The translations under genes were made by a program, and so were the position numbers. Positions 9,702 to 18,411 of a stretch of DNA of 64,000 nucleotides are shown one piece after another. The stretch's first letter is position 1. The number at the start of each line of letters is the position of its first letter. Source of the DNA: a virus; IMG/VR virus record IMGVR_UViG_3300027857_000017; one strand, written 5' to 3'. The notes beneath the pieces are model-generated. The model was not told where the DNA came from and ran no database searches. It worked only from the letters and a program-made list of their open reading frames with translations.

Positions 9702-10016
9702 TTGGAGAAAGGGAAGGAGCGCATTGAGTCTATGCCACCAGCTACGTTTACTGCAAAAGAGATCGATCTCTTATCTGAATTACAGCACAAAGAGTGGGGA
9801 TCAGCGAAAGAAGTTCGACTCATTCTCAGGAAAGTCAATAATCGAGAGATTAATGAGAAATCACTGGGAGATCTCCATAAGAGAAACAAATTAAGGCGAG
9901 AGCCATTCGACGAGAGGACATACCGGTACTATCTCCCTGACGCATGGAACCTGCGCATTAACGAAGATCCTCGACGGGGCAATCGCACCAACCACCACCC
10001 AAAGAGCAGAAAGTAA
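9702..10016 (+). CDS. hypothetical protein, first rightward gene
   Basis: 104-aa ORF with a GGAG-type ribosome-binding site. Confidence 0.35.
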   Translation: MEKGKERIESMPPATFTAKEIDLLSELQHKEWGSAKEVRLILRKVNNREINEKSLGDLHKRNKLRREPFDERTYRYYLPDAWNLRINEDPRRGNRTNHHPKSRK

Positions 10017-10063
10017 CTGTTCTTTTCTCCTCCTCCCTTTTACCTTCTTGTTTCATTCACACC

Positions 10064-10672
10064 ATGAATGTTATACTGGTGCCATTCAATCTACAGGGAA
10101 AGAGTGACGTGGAGATGGACTTATGGGAAAACATGCTGTATGGCGGGATCATCCTCTGTATCATCGGTACTTTCGCTATCCTCCACCTCCATCCAGATCC
10201 CTGCGAGGAGCGCAATACCATTCACAACCAACCCTTCCTCACTTGGCGTCGTTGCCTTTTCTGCGGACGCTACGAGCACACAGAAGCACTGTACTGCGAA
10301 CGTCACCCGCTCCCATCATCCTTGCTCCCCATCAGTCAAGAGCAGAGGACACGCGTGATGATTTTTCTGCTCAACACCTGTGTTCGTGAGTGGTTCCCTG
10401 ACCCTGAGTCTGCTGATGAGATTGGGAAGTACTTCTTGTGGCTGGAGGAGAAAACAGAACGTGAGTGGGACGACGCGAGCTCGGTCATCGTAGCCTATGC
10501 CTCTGGGATACGAAATGAAGATGCACTAGAGCCATTCAAGATATTCATTGCTGCGTATGAGGACACTATTGAACAGGAAATAGAGATGAAGCCTGCTCTC
10601 ATGCTTTATCAGGCACAACAGACGTTTCCCTATAGCAATGGCGAAATGGAAGACATCTCGCTTGAGGACTAG
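10064..10672 (+). CDS. hypothetical protein
   Basis: 202-aa ORF with an N-terminal hydrophobic segment. Confidence 0.4.
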   Translation: MNVILVPFNLQGKSDVEMDLWENMLYGGIILCIIGTFAILHLHPDPCEERNTIHNQPFLTWRRCLFCGRYEHTEALYCERHPLPSSLLPISQEQRTRVMIFLLNTCVREWFPDPESADEIGKYFLWLEEKTEREWDDASSVIVAYASGIRNEDALEPFKIFIAAYEDTIEQEIEMKPALMLYQAQQTFPYSNGEMEDISLED

Positions 10673-10678
10673 TCTTGC

Positions 10679-11656
10679 TCATTCCCGCTCCATCCAAGAT
10701 CGCTCACGTATGGAAGGAATATGACCACGATAGGCAAGAACCGCCTCTTCAGCATTGCCGAGCGAGAAATAGCGATCAGGATCGTGGCGAAGCATTTCCA
10801 GAATAGGGCGTTGCTGCGAGACATTTGGCACTGGGGAGAGGTCAAGTAAGGAATACATCTCACAGGATGGAATGGCATGCACCACCAGTTCGGCATAGGC
10901 ATGCAAGAGGGCGATGCGCTCTGGCGTGAAGAATCCTTCACGGATACTCGAAATAGTGAGTGCGCCTCCTATTCCACCACCCTGGATACGCAGAGGCGTT
11001 ACAAAGACACTCATCAAAGGACCTTCAAGAAATAAGGATCTGAGACGCTTATTCACCTGATGTCCCTCGTAGAGCAGGTCACGCTCTCGCAGAACACATT
11101 GACCAGACATGGAGTTGCTGCCAATGAAAATTAACTCCGTCTGCCGTTCCAGGCATTCTACCGTACCAAGAGAGCTGGCATGATAGAGCGTACGAACGCG
11201 TCCATCTTCCCCTGGGGGAGAACACCTCAAAAAAGAGATTAAACACCCTTCAGCGAGTGGGTCCAGGATGTGTCTCATTTGTGTTTGTGCCAGGAAAGAG
11301 ACCGTTTCAAATCGGAGGGCAGGCTCCTGATTGGTGCATGCCTCAACAATGTCCTGATAGTATGCAGAGGGGATATGGTCGTGGGTCAGGGACCGCTGGA
11401 TCTGCTCTGCGATAATCGCGTAGCGTGGTGTCATCTGGCGCAGCCCCTCGATAAACGTGAGGAGTCTCGTTCGAGGCAACACTCGTCCCAGCTCAAGAGC
11501 ATGGTCAGGATGAGGAACACTCTCTCCTCGTATCCATCGCTGGAGCGTGTTTCTCTGAATCCCAAGTTCTCTTAGCAGGGAACTTCGTTCCTCTGTTTCG
11601 AGATTTCTGAGGGCATCATTCCATTTCCTCTCTTCCGAGCGGCGATTGTTGGGCAA
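10679..11656 (-). CDS. transcriptional regulator, XRE-like HTH plus GAF-like sensor domain
   Basis: N-terminal LRELGIQRNTLQRWIRGESVP helix-turn-helix. C-terminal region has GAF-like signatures (VFVTPLRIQGGGIGGALTISS). Confidence 0.55.
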   Translation of the reverse strand: MPNNRRSEERKWNDALRNLETEERSSLLRELGIQRNTLQRWIRGESVPHPDHALELGRVLPRTRLLTFIEGLRQMTPRYAIIAEQIQRSLTHDHIPSAYYQDIVEACTNQEPALRFETVSFLAQTQMRHILDPLAEGCLISFLRCSPPGEDGRVRTLYHASSLGTVECLERQTELIFIGSNSMSGQCVLRERDLLYEGHQVNKRLRSLFLEGPLMSVFVTPLRIQGGGIGGALTISSIREGFFTPERIALLHAYAELVVHAIPSCEMYSLLDLSPVPNVSQQRPILEMLRHDPDRYFSLGNAEEAVLAYRGHIPSIRERSWMERE

Positions 11657-11711
11657 GTGAGTCCGCTCTTTCTGCCACAGGTACCGTGGCTATGGGCATC
11701 TCGTCACAATG

Positions 11712-11742
11712 AATGTAACATTTCCTTGCAAAATGTTACATT
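11712..11742. promoter_or_regulatory. perfect 12-bp-arm palindromic operator
   Basis: AATGTAACATTT-ccttgca-AAATGTTACATT between the divergent regulator gene and 12049-12486. Confidence 0.5.
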
Positions 11743-12048
11743 CCGTGGTATTATCCCGTGGTACATATATATTACGAATGATTGCGTTCGTGAGACGAGT
11801 GGAAAAACGAGAAAACAGCATGCTGTCATCTCGTTTTTATGTGTACCACGCCTTCTCGCCCTTAAATCTATCAGGGACCAAAGGGTGAGAGAGGAATCGA
11901 AAATTCACACAATGAATAGTTTGGGTACAGAAGCAGTGTACTAAAAAAGATGGCGAACGTCAATGATCTCTTGTTGTCCGTTCTACTACACAAGATGACA
12001 GAGAGTCTATGAGTCCATACACGGGTTCCGACCCCCAGGAGAGCAAAA

Positions 12049-12486
12049 ATGGAAACGATCTACGGCATAAACGTGCAAAGGATCATGCGTGATAACCGAT
12101 TGTCATACGTGCAAAGGAATTTTATCATCTTTCTCTTATATCTTTGCAATGAGGGAGATTGGCGTGGGAGAGAACGACCGATGACCTGTGAGTTCTTGAA
12201 TGAGCAAACAGGCATTTCCATAGGAGAGATCAGTGATGATATCAAGATATTAAGAGAAATGGGCTACATTCGCGCTACCCTCAAAAAGCAACTCATCAAC
12301 GGACGTCCGCGAGGACATGAAATGTGGCATATTGCTCTCAATGAGGATGGGCAACCTGCGCCTCTTCAATCCTACGGAAACGTGATTCACTTCCCTCCAC
12401 AGCAACCAGGACAAGCTATCCAGTTGGAGATCAATGGTATTCCCATCCATATCTCCATTCCCACATCCACAGCGCAAGAGGCATGA
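12049..12486 (+). CDS. putative winged-helix DNA-binding protein
   Basis: 145 aa; weak HTH around LNEQTGISIGEISDDIKILREMGYI. Confidence 0.4.
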   Translation: METIYGINVQRIMRDNRLSYVQRNFIIFLLYLCNEGDWRGRERPMTCEFLNEQTGISIGEISDDIKILREMGYIRATLKKQLINGRPRGHEMWHIALNEDGQPAPLQSYGNVIHFPPQQPGQAIQLEINGIPIHISIPTSTAQEA

Positions 12487-12517
12487 GAGACAGACTTCTC
12501 CCCTGCCTCCTTTTTCC

Positions 12518-12558
12518 GATAGGGATCGTTCACGGTATGGACGATCCCTATCTTTTTC
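12518..12558 (+). terminator. Rho-independent terminator
   Basis: 12-bp perfect stem GATAGGGATCGT/ACGATCCCTATC, 11-nt loop, then TTTTTC. Confidence 0.6.
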
Positions 12559-12628
12559 TCAATGCTCGTGCTATACTTCCCGCATTATCATTTTCGCGTA
12601 GGAGTGTTTATACAAGAAGTGTAGTGAG

Positions 12629-13159
12629 TTGAAGTGGAGTTGTTTTATGGCAACCATTGTAGGACCCAATCAAGATAATGCGCGTTGGAAAATCCTCGTT
12701 ATTGAACCCTATCATGACCTGCGTGTCTTCTGGACGTGTGCCCTTGAAGCGTTTGGGTATACGGTCCAGTCCTTCCCTACGGTACCAGCCCATCCTGGGC
12801 AAACCTTCCCTCTTGATGAGTTCAACCTCATCTTAATTGAGCCAGGCATCCTCTCACGAGGGTTGTTGCAACGCTTGGTCCACCGCCCCATCATTGTCCT
12901 CACAGAACATGAATCGGTGTTTCGTATCTGTAAAGAACTGTGCATCCCCTGTCATGATAAACACATGAAGCGTGCTGTCCATCTGCTGCCTGATATCTGG
13001 AAGATGTTCGCAGAGCAAGATGAGGAGAACCGCATTCCTTCACAGTTCTTGGCGATGAAAAAGCCACCAGAGCAGGCGATACAGGAAGATGTCCCACACC
13101 TGCTTCCCTCTTCCTCTCCGCTTGCACGACGCAGCAAACACTTTCTGACGATCCAATAG
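12629..13159 (+). CDS. receiver-domain-like (degenerate CheY-like) protein
   Basis: KILVIEP ... FNLILIEP pattern resembles a response-regulator receiver, but the acceptor Asp is not conserved. Confidence 0.3.
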   Translation: MKWSCFMATIVGPNQDNARWKILVIEPYHDLRVFWTCALEAFGYTVQSFPTVPAHPGQTFPLDEFNLILIEPGILSRGLLQRLVHRPIIVLTEHESVFRICKELCIPCHDKHMKRAVHLLPDIWKMFAEQDEENRIPSQFLAMKKPPEQAIQEDVPHLLPSSSPLARRSKHFLTIQ

Positions 13160-13180
13160 GGAAACCATCATGATCACGGG

Positions 13181-13486
13181 ATGATGGAAGGGGGAAGAGA
13201 AACAATGACGTCTATCAAACACCCAGTACTGAGAGCAGTCAAATTAGTGCCATTCGATCCTTTAGAAATCTTGCGCGAGGATTATCCTGAGTGGCTGGCC
13301 TCGGCCCCTCATCGATCCACGCTGCAGGACCTCATCGCCGACCTGCAAACCGTCCAAATGCCAGCTATTGTGCCTGCTGCTCTCCAGATGTTTGATCTCC
13401 ACAAACTAGAGCAGATGCTGGTACAGTCGTCACAACCAGGCAGGAAACGCCTTTTATCTGGATGGAGACGTGCGTCTGTGCAATAG
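13181..13486 (+). CDS. hypothetical protein
   Basis: 101-aa ORF. Confidence 0.3.
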   Translation: MMEGGRETMTSIKHPVLRAVKLVPFDPLEILREDYPEWLASAPHRSTLQDLIADLQTVQMPAIVPAALQMFDLHKLEQMLVQSSQPGRKRLLSGWRRASVQ

Positions 13487-14172
13487 CCTATCGAACCAAT
13501 TGAGGAAGCGAAGCAGCAACTCCATGAGACGAAAATGCCGCCCTGGTATCAGAAGTGCTTCATGGTCTACCTGTTCCGCTTTCTCTTGTTCCGCATAGAG
13601 CGCTACTGCTCGCTGGATAGCAATATCGCTGGCAACAGGTTCTTCAGGAAGTGGGTAAAAGGCCACGATAGAGCGATCACCTTCTTGCCGTGTTTTGAGG
13701 GAAAGCCTGGGAGGGATCAGCAAACGTGGTTCAGTGCTTTTTCTGGGTTCATCCTCAAAGTGATAGCAGGTTGACATAGCAATCCTCTTTCCACATATCG
13801 CATCAATAGTATTCATAGTGTGAGTCAATTTGGCAATGGAGGCATTGTACCTATGGGATGTGAACATGTCAATGGATGTATGAATATTCACTACATGAAT
13901 GAAGAGAGCCATATAAGGAGTAGGCTTATATGGCTCTCTTCGGGATGGACCGTAGAGGATGAGGGATAGGTATTATTCAGTGATAATCCGTTTAATACAC
14001 AGCCATCCTAGCATCCAAGATAGCGTATGTCAATACACCTATTCTTGTGTAAAGGACCATTGTACTGCTCTTTACCTTCTTGTATAATTCACAACGCGAA
14101 TATCTCTCTAGACAACTATGCTATGATAATGCTCACTAATCTTAATTTGATAGAAGGAGACTATTCCATTTT

Positions 14173-14904
14173 ATGAGCCATCTCAGTCAGGTTGTGGCAG
14201 TAGAGAAGGACACAAAGGAAAAAGCATCACAGAGACTCTCTCAAGCAAGAGGCGTCTTCGGCAATCGTGGTCTCTTCACCGGTCTGGCTCGTGCCTATAC
14301 ACCCAAAGATGAAGAAGGTGAGCAACTCCCACCTGAGTCCACACGAGTCCAGTACACTGTTAAGCAGGTGCTCAAAGATGCACAGGAAAGCCTGGTAGCA
14401 CTTTTTGATGTAACAGCTACCAAAGATTATACCAACTGCGTAGCAAAAGCCAACATTGAGGTTGATGGCAATGTCCTGCTCAAGGATGTGCCTGCCACGT
14501 ATATCCTGTTCTTGGAGAAACAACTTGCGGAACTGCTCAACTTCGTAAAGACCATTCCAACCCTGGATATGGCAGAGGAATGGCGCTACGACACCACGCA
14601 GGACGCATGGGCTACTCCACCTGTTGAAACGATCAGGTCCAAGAAGGTGATGCGTAACCATGTAATGGCAGAGGCAACGCCGCATCACCCTGCTCAAGTC
14701 CAGGTGTACGCTGAAGATATCCCTGCTGGTCGCTGGAGGACCGTGAAGTACTCCGGTGCCATGCAAGTCACTGACCACAACGCTATGATTGGGCGTATTG
14801 AGCGACTCCAAAAGGCAGTGAAGCATGCCCGTGAGGACGCCAACCGTCAGGAAGTCCTTCAACAGCATGTGGGTGAGACACTCTTGCACTATATCTTCGG
14901 GTAG
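14173..14904 (+). CDS. hypothetical protein (unknown family) upstream of the Y RNA locus
   Basis: 243-aa ORF preceded by AAGGAG; no recognisable motif. Confidence 0.45.
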   Translation: MSHLSQVVAVEKDTKEKASQRLSQARGVFGNRGLFTGLARAYTPKDEEGEQLPPESTRVQYTVKQVLKDAQESLVALFDVTATKDYTNCVAKANIEVDGNVLLKDVPATYILFLEKQLAELLNFVKTIPTLDMAEEWRYDTTQDAWATPPVETIRSKKVMRNHVMAEATPHHPAQVQVYAEDIPAGRWRTVKYSGAMQVTDHNAMIGRIERLQKAVKHAREDANRQEVLQQHVGETLLHYIFG

Positions 14905-14909
14905 CAACG

Positions 14910-15353
14910 ATGGCGCATGCATACTATCACGCAAAAAGTAGTGCCAGACAGTTTGGAGGGACATATGAAGACTATATGCCCCTCCATCAGTTCATGGACC
15001 ACACAAAAGGACATATCGGTGATAACAGACATCGCCTCTTGCTTCACAACACGTGGGGCATTTTCCTGGTGGAACGGATCTTTGGCGCACTCTGGACACG
15101 CCCCTCTGACGGCAAGCAGATTCCCACACGAACCATTCTAGAGCAGCATGTCCTGGAAGACTTACGATGCATCCCAACATTAGAGCAGTGCTTTGCGCAC
15201 GTCCCAGTGGAACCGTGGCAATTTCGCAAGGCACGATCACTCTCAAAAGAGGAGGAGAACGATGACCACAATGCAGACCCCATTGACCCGACAACAACTG
15301 ACGCAACTAACCCAGGAGTACCAAACACTGGAGGAGTGGACGACCATCCGTGA
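14910..15353 (+). CDS. hypothetical protein
   Basis: 147-aa ORF; the C-terminal tail overlaps the next gene and may be shorter in reality. Confidence 0.35.
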   Translation: MAHAYYHAKSSARQFGGTYEDYMPLHQFMDHTKGHIGDNRHRLLLHNTWGIFLVERIFGALWTRPSDGKQIPTRTILEQHVLEDLRCIPTLEQCFAHVPVEPWQFRKARSLSKEEENDDHNADPIDPTTTDATNPGVPNTGGVDDHP

Positions 15354-15765
15354 TTTTGCAAGCCAGGTCTACGGACCTGAGAGAGCTGCTAAGGTTGAAG
15401 TTGAGACCTATGGCGAGTACAACGATGAGGGCGGGACAAACTACAGTGTCAGCGCCGTAACTGCTTACGATGCTAATGGAGAGGGAATAGAATTTGATCT
15501 GACACTACCGTTCTGGACTCAATCCTATTTTGCAGAGACCTTTCAAGGGAAAACGGATGTTGAAGAGGCACTGGAGGCAGCACTTGATGCACTGAAAGAG
15601 TATTATCCTTACAAACCAGAGGGAAAGGCGCTTCTGGAACAGCAGAGATGGGTCCAATGGGAGGATCTACCCGTAGATGAGCATAACGGTGGTGACAAGA
15701 CCTATGATCTCACCATGCAGCCCTCTATCAGTTTCCCTGTGGTCTTTGCTGGGGTTGCTAGTTGA
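15262..15765 (+). CDS. hypothetical protein
   Basis: strong Shine-Dalgarno GAGGAGGA 6 nt before ATG 15262 (internal start of track ORF 15193-15765). Confidence 0.45.
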   Translation: MTTMQTPLTRQQLTQLTQEYQTLEEWTTIRDFASQVYGPERAAKVEVETYGEYNDEGGTNYSVSAVTAYDANGEGIEFDLTLPFWTQSYFAETFQGKTDVEEALEAALDALKEYYPYKPEGKALLEQQRWVQWEDLPVDEHNGGDKTYDLTMQPSISFPVVFAGVAS

Positions 15766-15790
15766 CAGGACTCCCTGTCCCATGTATCAT
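15762..15790 (+). promoter_or_regulatory. strong sigma70-like promoter for the Y RNA candidate
   Basis: TTGACA (15762-15767), 17-nt spacer, TATCAT (15785-15790). Confidence 0.6.
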
Positions 15791-16073
15791 GGCGACGAAG
15801 CACAGATTGAGTAGTAACTTGAGTCTTAATCATAATTTCAGATTCTTGCTTCAGACTCAGTATGCTTCGTTGCCAAACATGCGGAGAGCAGGCATTTTTC
15901 GCTACTGGTCGCGGGTTCGATCCCCGCTCGCGCATTTCGCTGCGCGATAACTCAGTGGCTAGAGTGGGTAGCTGTAACCGAGATGCATCCAAACCCGCGT
16001 GAATGGATGAGAACGAAACTCTTTTGCTAAGAGAAAAGACAAGCCAGGATAGGGCATTTCCTGGCTTGTCGCC
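15791..16073 (+). ncRNA. Y RNA candidate (YrlA-like) with a circularly permuted tRNA-like domain
   Basis: Element order is T-arm GCGGG-TTCGATC-CCCGC (15911-15927), 3' acceptor strand TCGCGCA, a 6-nt loop, complementary 5' acceptor strand TGCGCGA (15941-15947), U8/A9, then a canonical D-arm ACTC-AGTGGCTA-GAGT (15950-15965). The flanking GCTAC (15901) and GTAGC (15968) pair where the anticodon stem would be. The 5' end GGCGAC pairs with GTCGCC at 16068-16073. It lies convergent to and abutting rsr. Confidence 0.5.
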
Positions 16074-16093
16074 TTATTGAGTGACTATTTCAA

Positions 16094-16177
16094 GGGTGAG
16101 TATCCAAGTGGACAAAGGAAACTGTCTGTAAAACAGCGGGCATCATGCCTTCAGAGGTTCGAATCCTCTCTCACCCA
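16094..16177 (+). tRNA. tRNA-Tyr (anticodon GUA), type II with long variable arm
   Basis: Acceptor GGGTGAG/CTCACCC, TA at positions 8-9, D-arm TCC-AAGTGGACAAA-GGA, anticodon loop CTGTAAA with U33-GUA-A37, variable hairpin GGCAT-C-ATGCC, T-arm AGAGG-TTCGAAT-CCTCT, discriminator A. D-arm and anticodon arm resemble bacterial tRNA-Tyr. Confidence 0.6.
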
Positions 16178-16185
16178 CCCTCTCT

Positions 16186-17805
16186 CTAGAATTCGCCTTT
16201 AATGAAGGAATTCATAAGCAAAGGAGTGACGGTATCTAGTCCTACACAATCCATCGCCCTGCGGTCGTCTGGCGCATTGTTCGTCACATGAGTGGCGGTC
16301 ATCTGCACATTGATGATCTTGGCATTTGGGTTGACCTGAGCACGATACATTTCCAGTAATTGTGCAGGGTGTCCACCGCGCCCGGACCACGTTTCACTAT
16401 CTGTCAGGATCACAAAGGCGTCCACAGGCATTTTGTCGTACAACGCATACCTCATCGGCAGTGACAAATCAGTCCCACCTCCGCCAATTCCCTTAAGCGT
16501 TCTCACTACATCATCCAACCTCTGTGAAGGAGAGATGGTCAACTTCTGCACACCCGTATCTATGCCAATGAGATGGTAGTTCGGCTCAGTTCTCGCCATC
16601 ACCAACGCCATAGCGCCAGCAGCCGTATGCACATCCATACCAGGGATGCCATTGACCTGCCCATAGTGCATCGATCCACTGGTGTCCACTGCCAGCAAGA
16701 TGTGCTTTCCAGTGGGTTCTACTGCTTCAAATGACAGATAGAAGGCATCATTGAGTGCATCGATAATTTCACGTACTGGCTCCCAGGTATGATTCCCTCG
16801 CACGCCTTTCCCGCTGGCATACGTGGTCAATGCCGCAAGGATCTTAATTGGGTGAAGCTTCGCATTGTGAATCCTTTCGCGGTCCCGAAGACGCGACGTA
16901 ATCACTTTTGTCATCTCACCCATTGGCTTGATCACACCCTCCCTGGTCATCGTTGCCAGATTGCGCGTCATTGCCTCAAGCGGCATATCCTCTAGCAATG
17001 CCTCCCAGACCCGTATAGAATGCAAATGCTGAGTAGGAACTGCTTCGCGTGGTAGTTTGTAGGTCTTGATCAGAGAAGCCACTTCACGATCATCCTGAGC
17101 ACGTTTGGCTCGCTCGTATGCCCAGATGATCTTGAGCGCATCATCAGGATGCGGCTCATCACCAACAGACTCCCACCCGCCTTTGACAATCCAGTGATAG
17201 AGGGTGTTATACGTTGAAGTCTCTGCCTTTGGATGTGCCAGGCGGAGCAGATCGCGCTGACTGTAGCCATCCCTCTGCTGATACTTGAGCACCTGATACG
17301 CCAGATTGTGTTCTTTCCTATCATTGAACCAGGAGGCAACGGCACGACGATAGGCACGTCCCCAGCCTCTAAACTGTTTGGCATAGGCGACGAAGTGCAG
17401 GAGGTGCGTGCCGGTCCTGGCTACTTGTGGCAACACAGAGAGCGCATACTGGCGAATCTTCTCATCATCGGCAGCAGCACACCTTGCCAGCGCAAACAGA
17501 GCAGGGTCGTTGGAAGCAGCTCGTCCAGCCTTTGACACTTCTACGATGGAGGTCACTATATCACGCCCATTGCCCTCTTTAAGCATACGCTCCACGGTCT
17601 CTAAATTTTGTTTGGTCAATTCACGCTGCCCGACATAGAGTGTGTTGCTATTGCTCCCCAATATTAAGAACCTTAAGAGGCGCGTAGGATCATCAACAGA
17701 CCAACTAAACCCACCAGCGTTATTGAGAACTTGACTTGACCCAGGAATAGGCTCGGTTTGTGGCGTCTGCTGTGAAAAACGTCCAAAGTTGAGATAGTTC
17801 TTCAT
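16186..17805 (-). CDS. rsr: Ro60 ortholog Rsr (TROVE domain + von Willebrand A domain)
   Basis: About 540 aa; TROVE-like N-terminal region and C-terminal vWA with the MIDAS motif LLAVDTSGSM. Start taken at MKNYLNF (17805), which follows a GGAGGAAGGGGG Shine-Dalgarno. The track ORF extends to 17826. Confidence 0.8.
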   Translation of the reverse strand: MKNYLNFGRFSQQTPQTEPIPGSSQVLNNAGGFSWSVDDPTRLLRFLILGSNSNTLYVGQRELTKQNLETVERMLKEGNGRDIVTSIVEVSKAGRAASNDPALFALARCAAADDEKIRQYALSVLPQVARTGTHLLHFVAYAKQFRGWGRAYRRAVASWFNDRKEHNLAYQVLKYQQRDGYSQRDLLRLAHPKAETSTYNTLYHWIVKGGWESVGDEPHPDDALKIIWAYERAKRAQDDREVASLIKTYKLPREAVPTQHLHSIRVWEALLEDMPLEAMTRNLATMTREGVIKPMGEMTKVITSRLRDRERIHNAKLHPIKILAALTTYASGKGVRGNHTWEPVREIIDALNDAFYLSFEAVEPTGKHILLAVDTSGSMHYGQVNGIPGMDVHTAAGAMALVMARTEPNYHLIGIDTGVQKLTISPSQRLDDVVRTLKGIGGGGTDLSLPMRYALYDKMPVDAFVILTDSETWSGRGGHPAQLLEMYRAQVNPNAKIINVQMTATHVTNNAPDDRRAMDCVGLDTVTPLLMNSFIKGEF

Positions 17806-18036
17806 CGTCCCCCTTCCTCCACTCATAAAATGACACGGGCGAGAAAACGCTCATAGGTACCAAAAGCAGCGATAACCTACGAACTGCGGCCCGTGTCGAT
17901 AAGTCCTGTACTGAGCAAGTGAACTGGGGCGGGAATGTCAGCGATCCCAAAAGAAGCTAATAACCCGCCCATCTCGGCTCAGTACCATGATTGCGTGTCC
18001 TGGATAAAAAGCGATACTGGGTATCTTAAAGTCAAT

Positions 18037-18125
18037 CGCTTTCGACCACTCAGCCACAACAACCTTACGGTCATTGGTGGGATTCGAACCCACGGACATT
18101 TGATAATAACCCAAAATCCGCGACC
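18037..18125 (-). ncRNA. permuted tRNA-like module 2 (Y RNA candidate), minus strand
   Basis: On the minus strand: T-arm GTGGG-TTCGAAT-CCCAC (plus 18077-18093), acceptor-like stem CAATGACC/GGTTGTTG closed by a GUAA tetraloop (18057-18076), D-like hairpin with AGTGG (18037-18056), flanked by complementary CTGGGT/ACCCAG stem strands. Confidence 0.4.
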
Positions 18126-18311
18126 CAGGACAATTGATAAGTCCATGTGTCAGGCAAAAGGCGATAGAGGAAAGCCTGAGAGAACCCAGGTGCCCTACCA
18201 CTAGGCAAAGTCCCCAGCGGAGACTGAAAGAATCGAACTTTCGAGAACCTCCACCAAACGGCCCGACACCATAAGTGCGTGAGATAGACAAAAGGCGACA
18301 TCGGGGTAGGC

Positions 18312-18405
18312 GCTTATGCCACAAGCTCGACAGGTTTCCCTGCGTCGGGATTCGAACCCGCACTCCCTCTTCCAAAAGAGAACCAATGCCAAACGGCCCA
18401 TCTCG
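18312..18405 (-). ncRNA. permuted tRNA-like module 3 (Y RNA candidate), minus strand
   Basis: On the minus strand: T-arm GCGGG-TTCGAAT-CCCGA (plus 18345-18361), acceptor-like stem GCAGG/CCTGT closed by a GAAA tetraloop (18330-18343), D-like hairpin GCTT-GTGGCAT-AAGC (18312-18326). Sits directly downstream of the strong minus-strand promoter. Confidence 0.4.
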
Positions 18406-18411
18406 CTGTTT

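Noticed and set aside
11657-11944. 95-aa ORF in the regulator/operator intergenic region
   Set aside because: It covers the palindromic operator and promoter region, has no ribosome-binding site and has low-complexity content.
12629-13159. Functional two-component response regulator
   Set aside because: Receiver-like spacing is present, but the phospho-acceptor Asp and the output domain are missing; at most a pseudo-receiver.
15900-16075. Two-piece (permuted) tmRNA gene
   Set aside because: The 5' part has a full canonical tRNA D-arm (AGTGG) rather than the reduced tmRNA D-analog. No tag ORF ending in a stop follows, and no pseudoknot series is visible. The permuted Y RNA model next to rsr explains it better.
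15900-16180. tRNA gene interrupted by a group I intron
   Set aside because: The 3' half lies upstream of the 5' half, which is the wrong order for an intron. The tRNA-Tyr downstream is complete on its own with its own 5' acceptor strand.
18040-18380. Complete minus-strand tRNA genes at the two TTCGAAT T-arms
   Set aside because: No 5' acceptor strand complementary to the 3' strand could be found about 65-75 nt upstream. Instead, complementary strands lie immediately downstream, closed by GNRA tetraloops. The att-remnant explanation is kept as an alternative in the findings.
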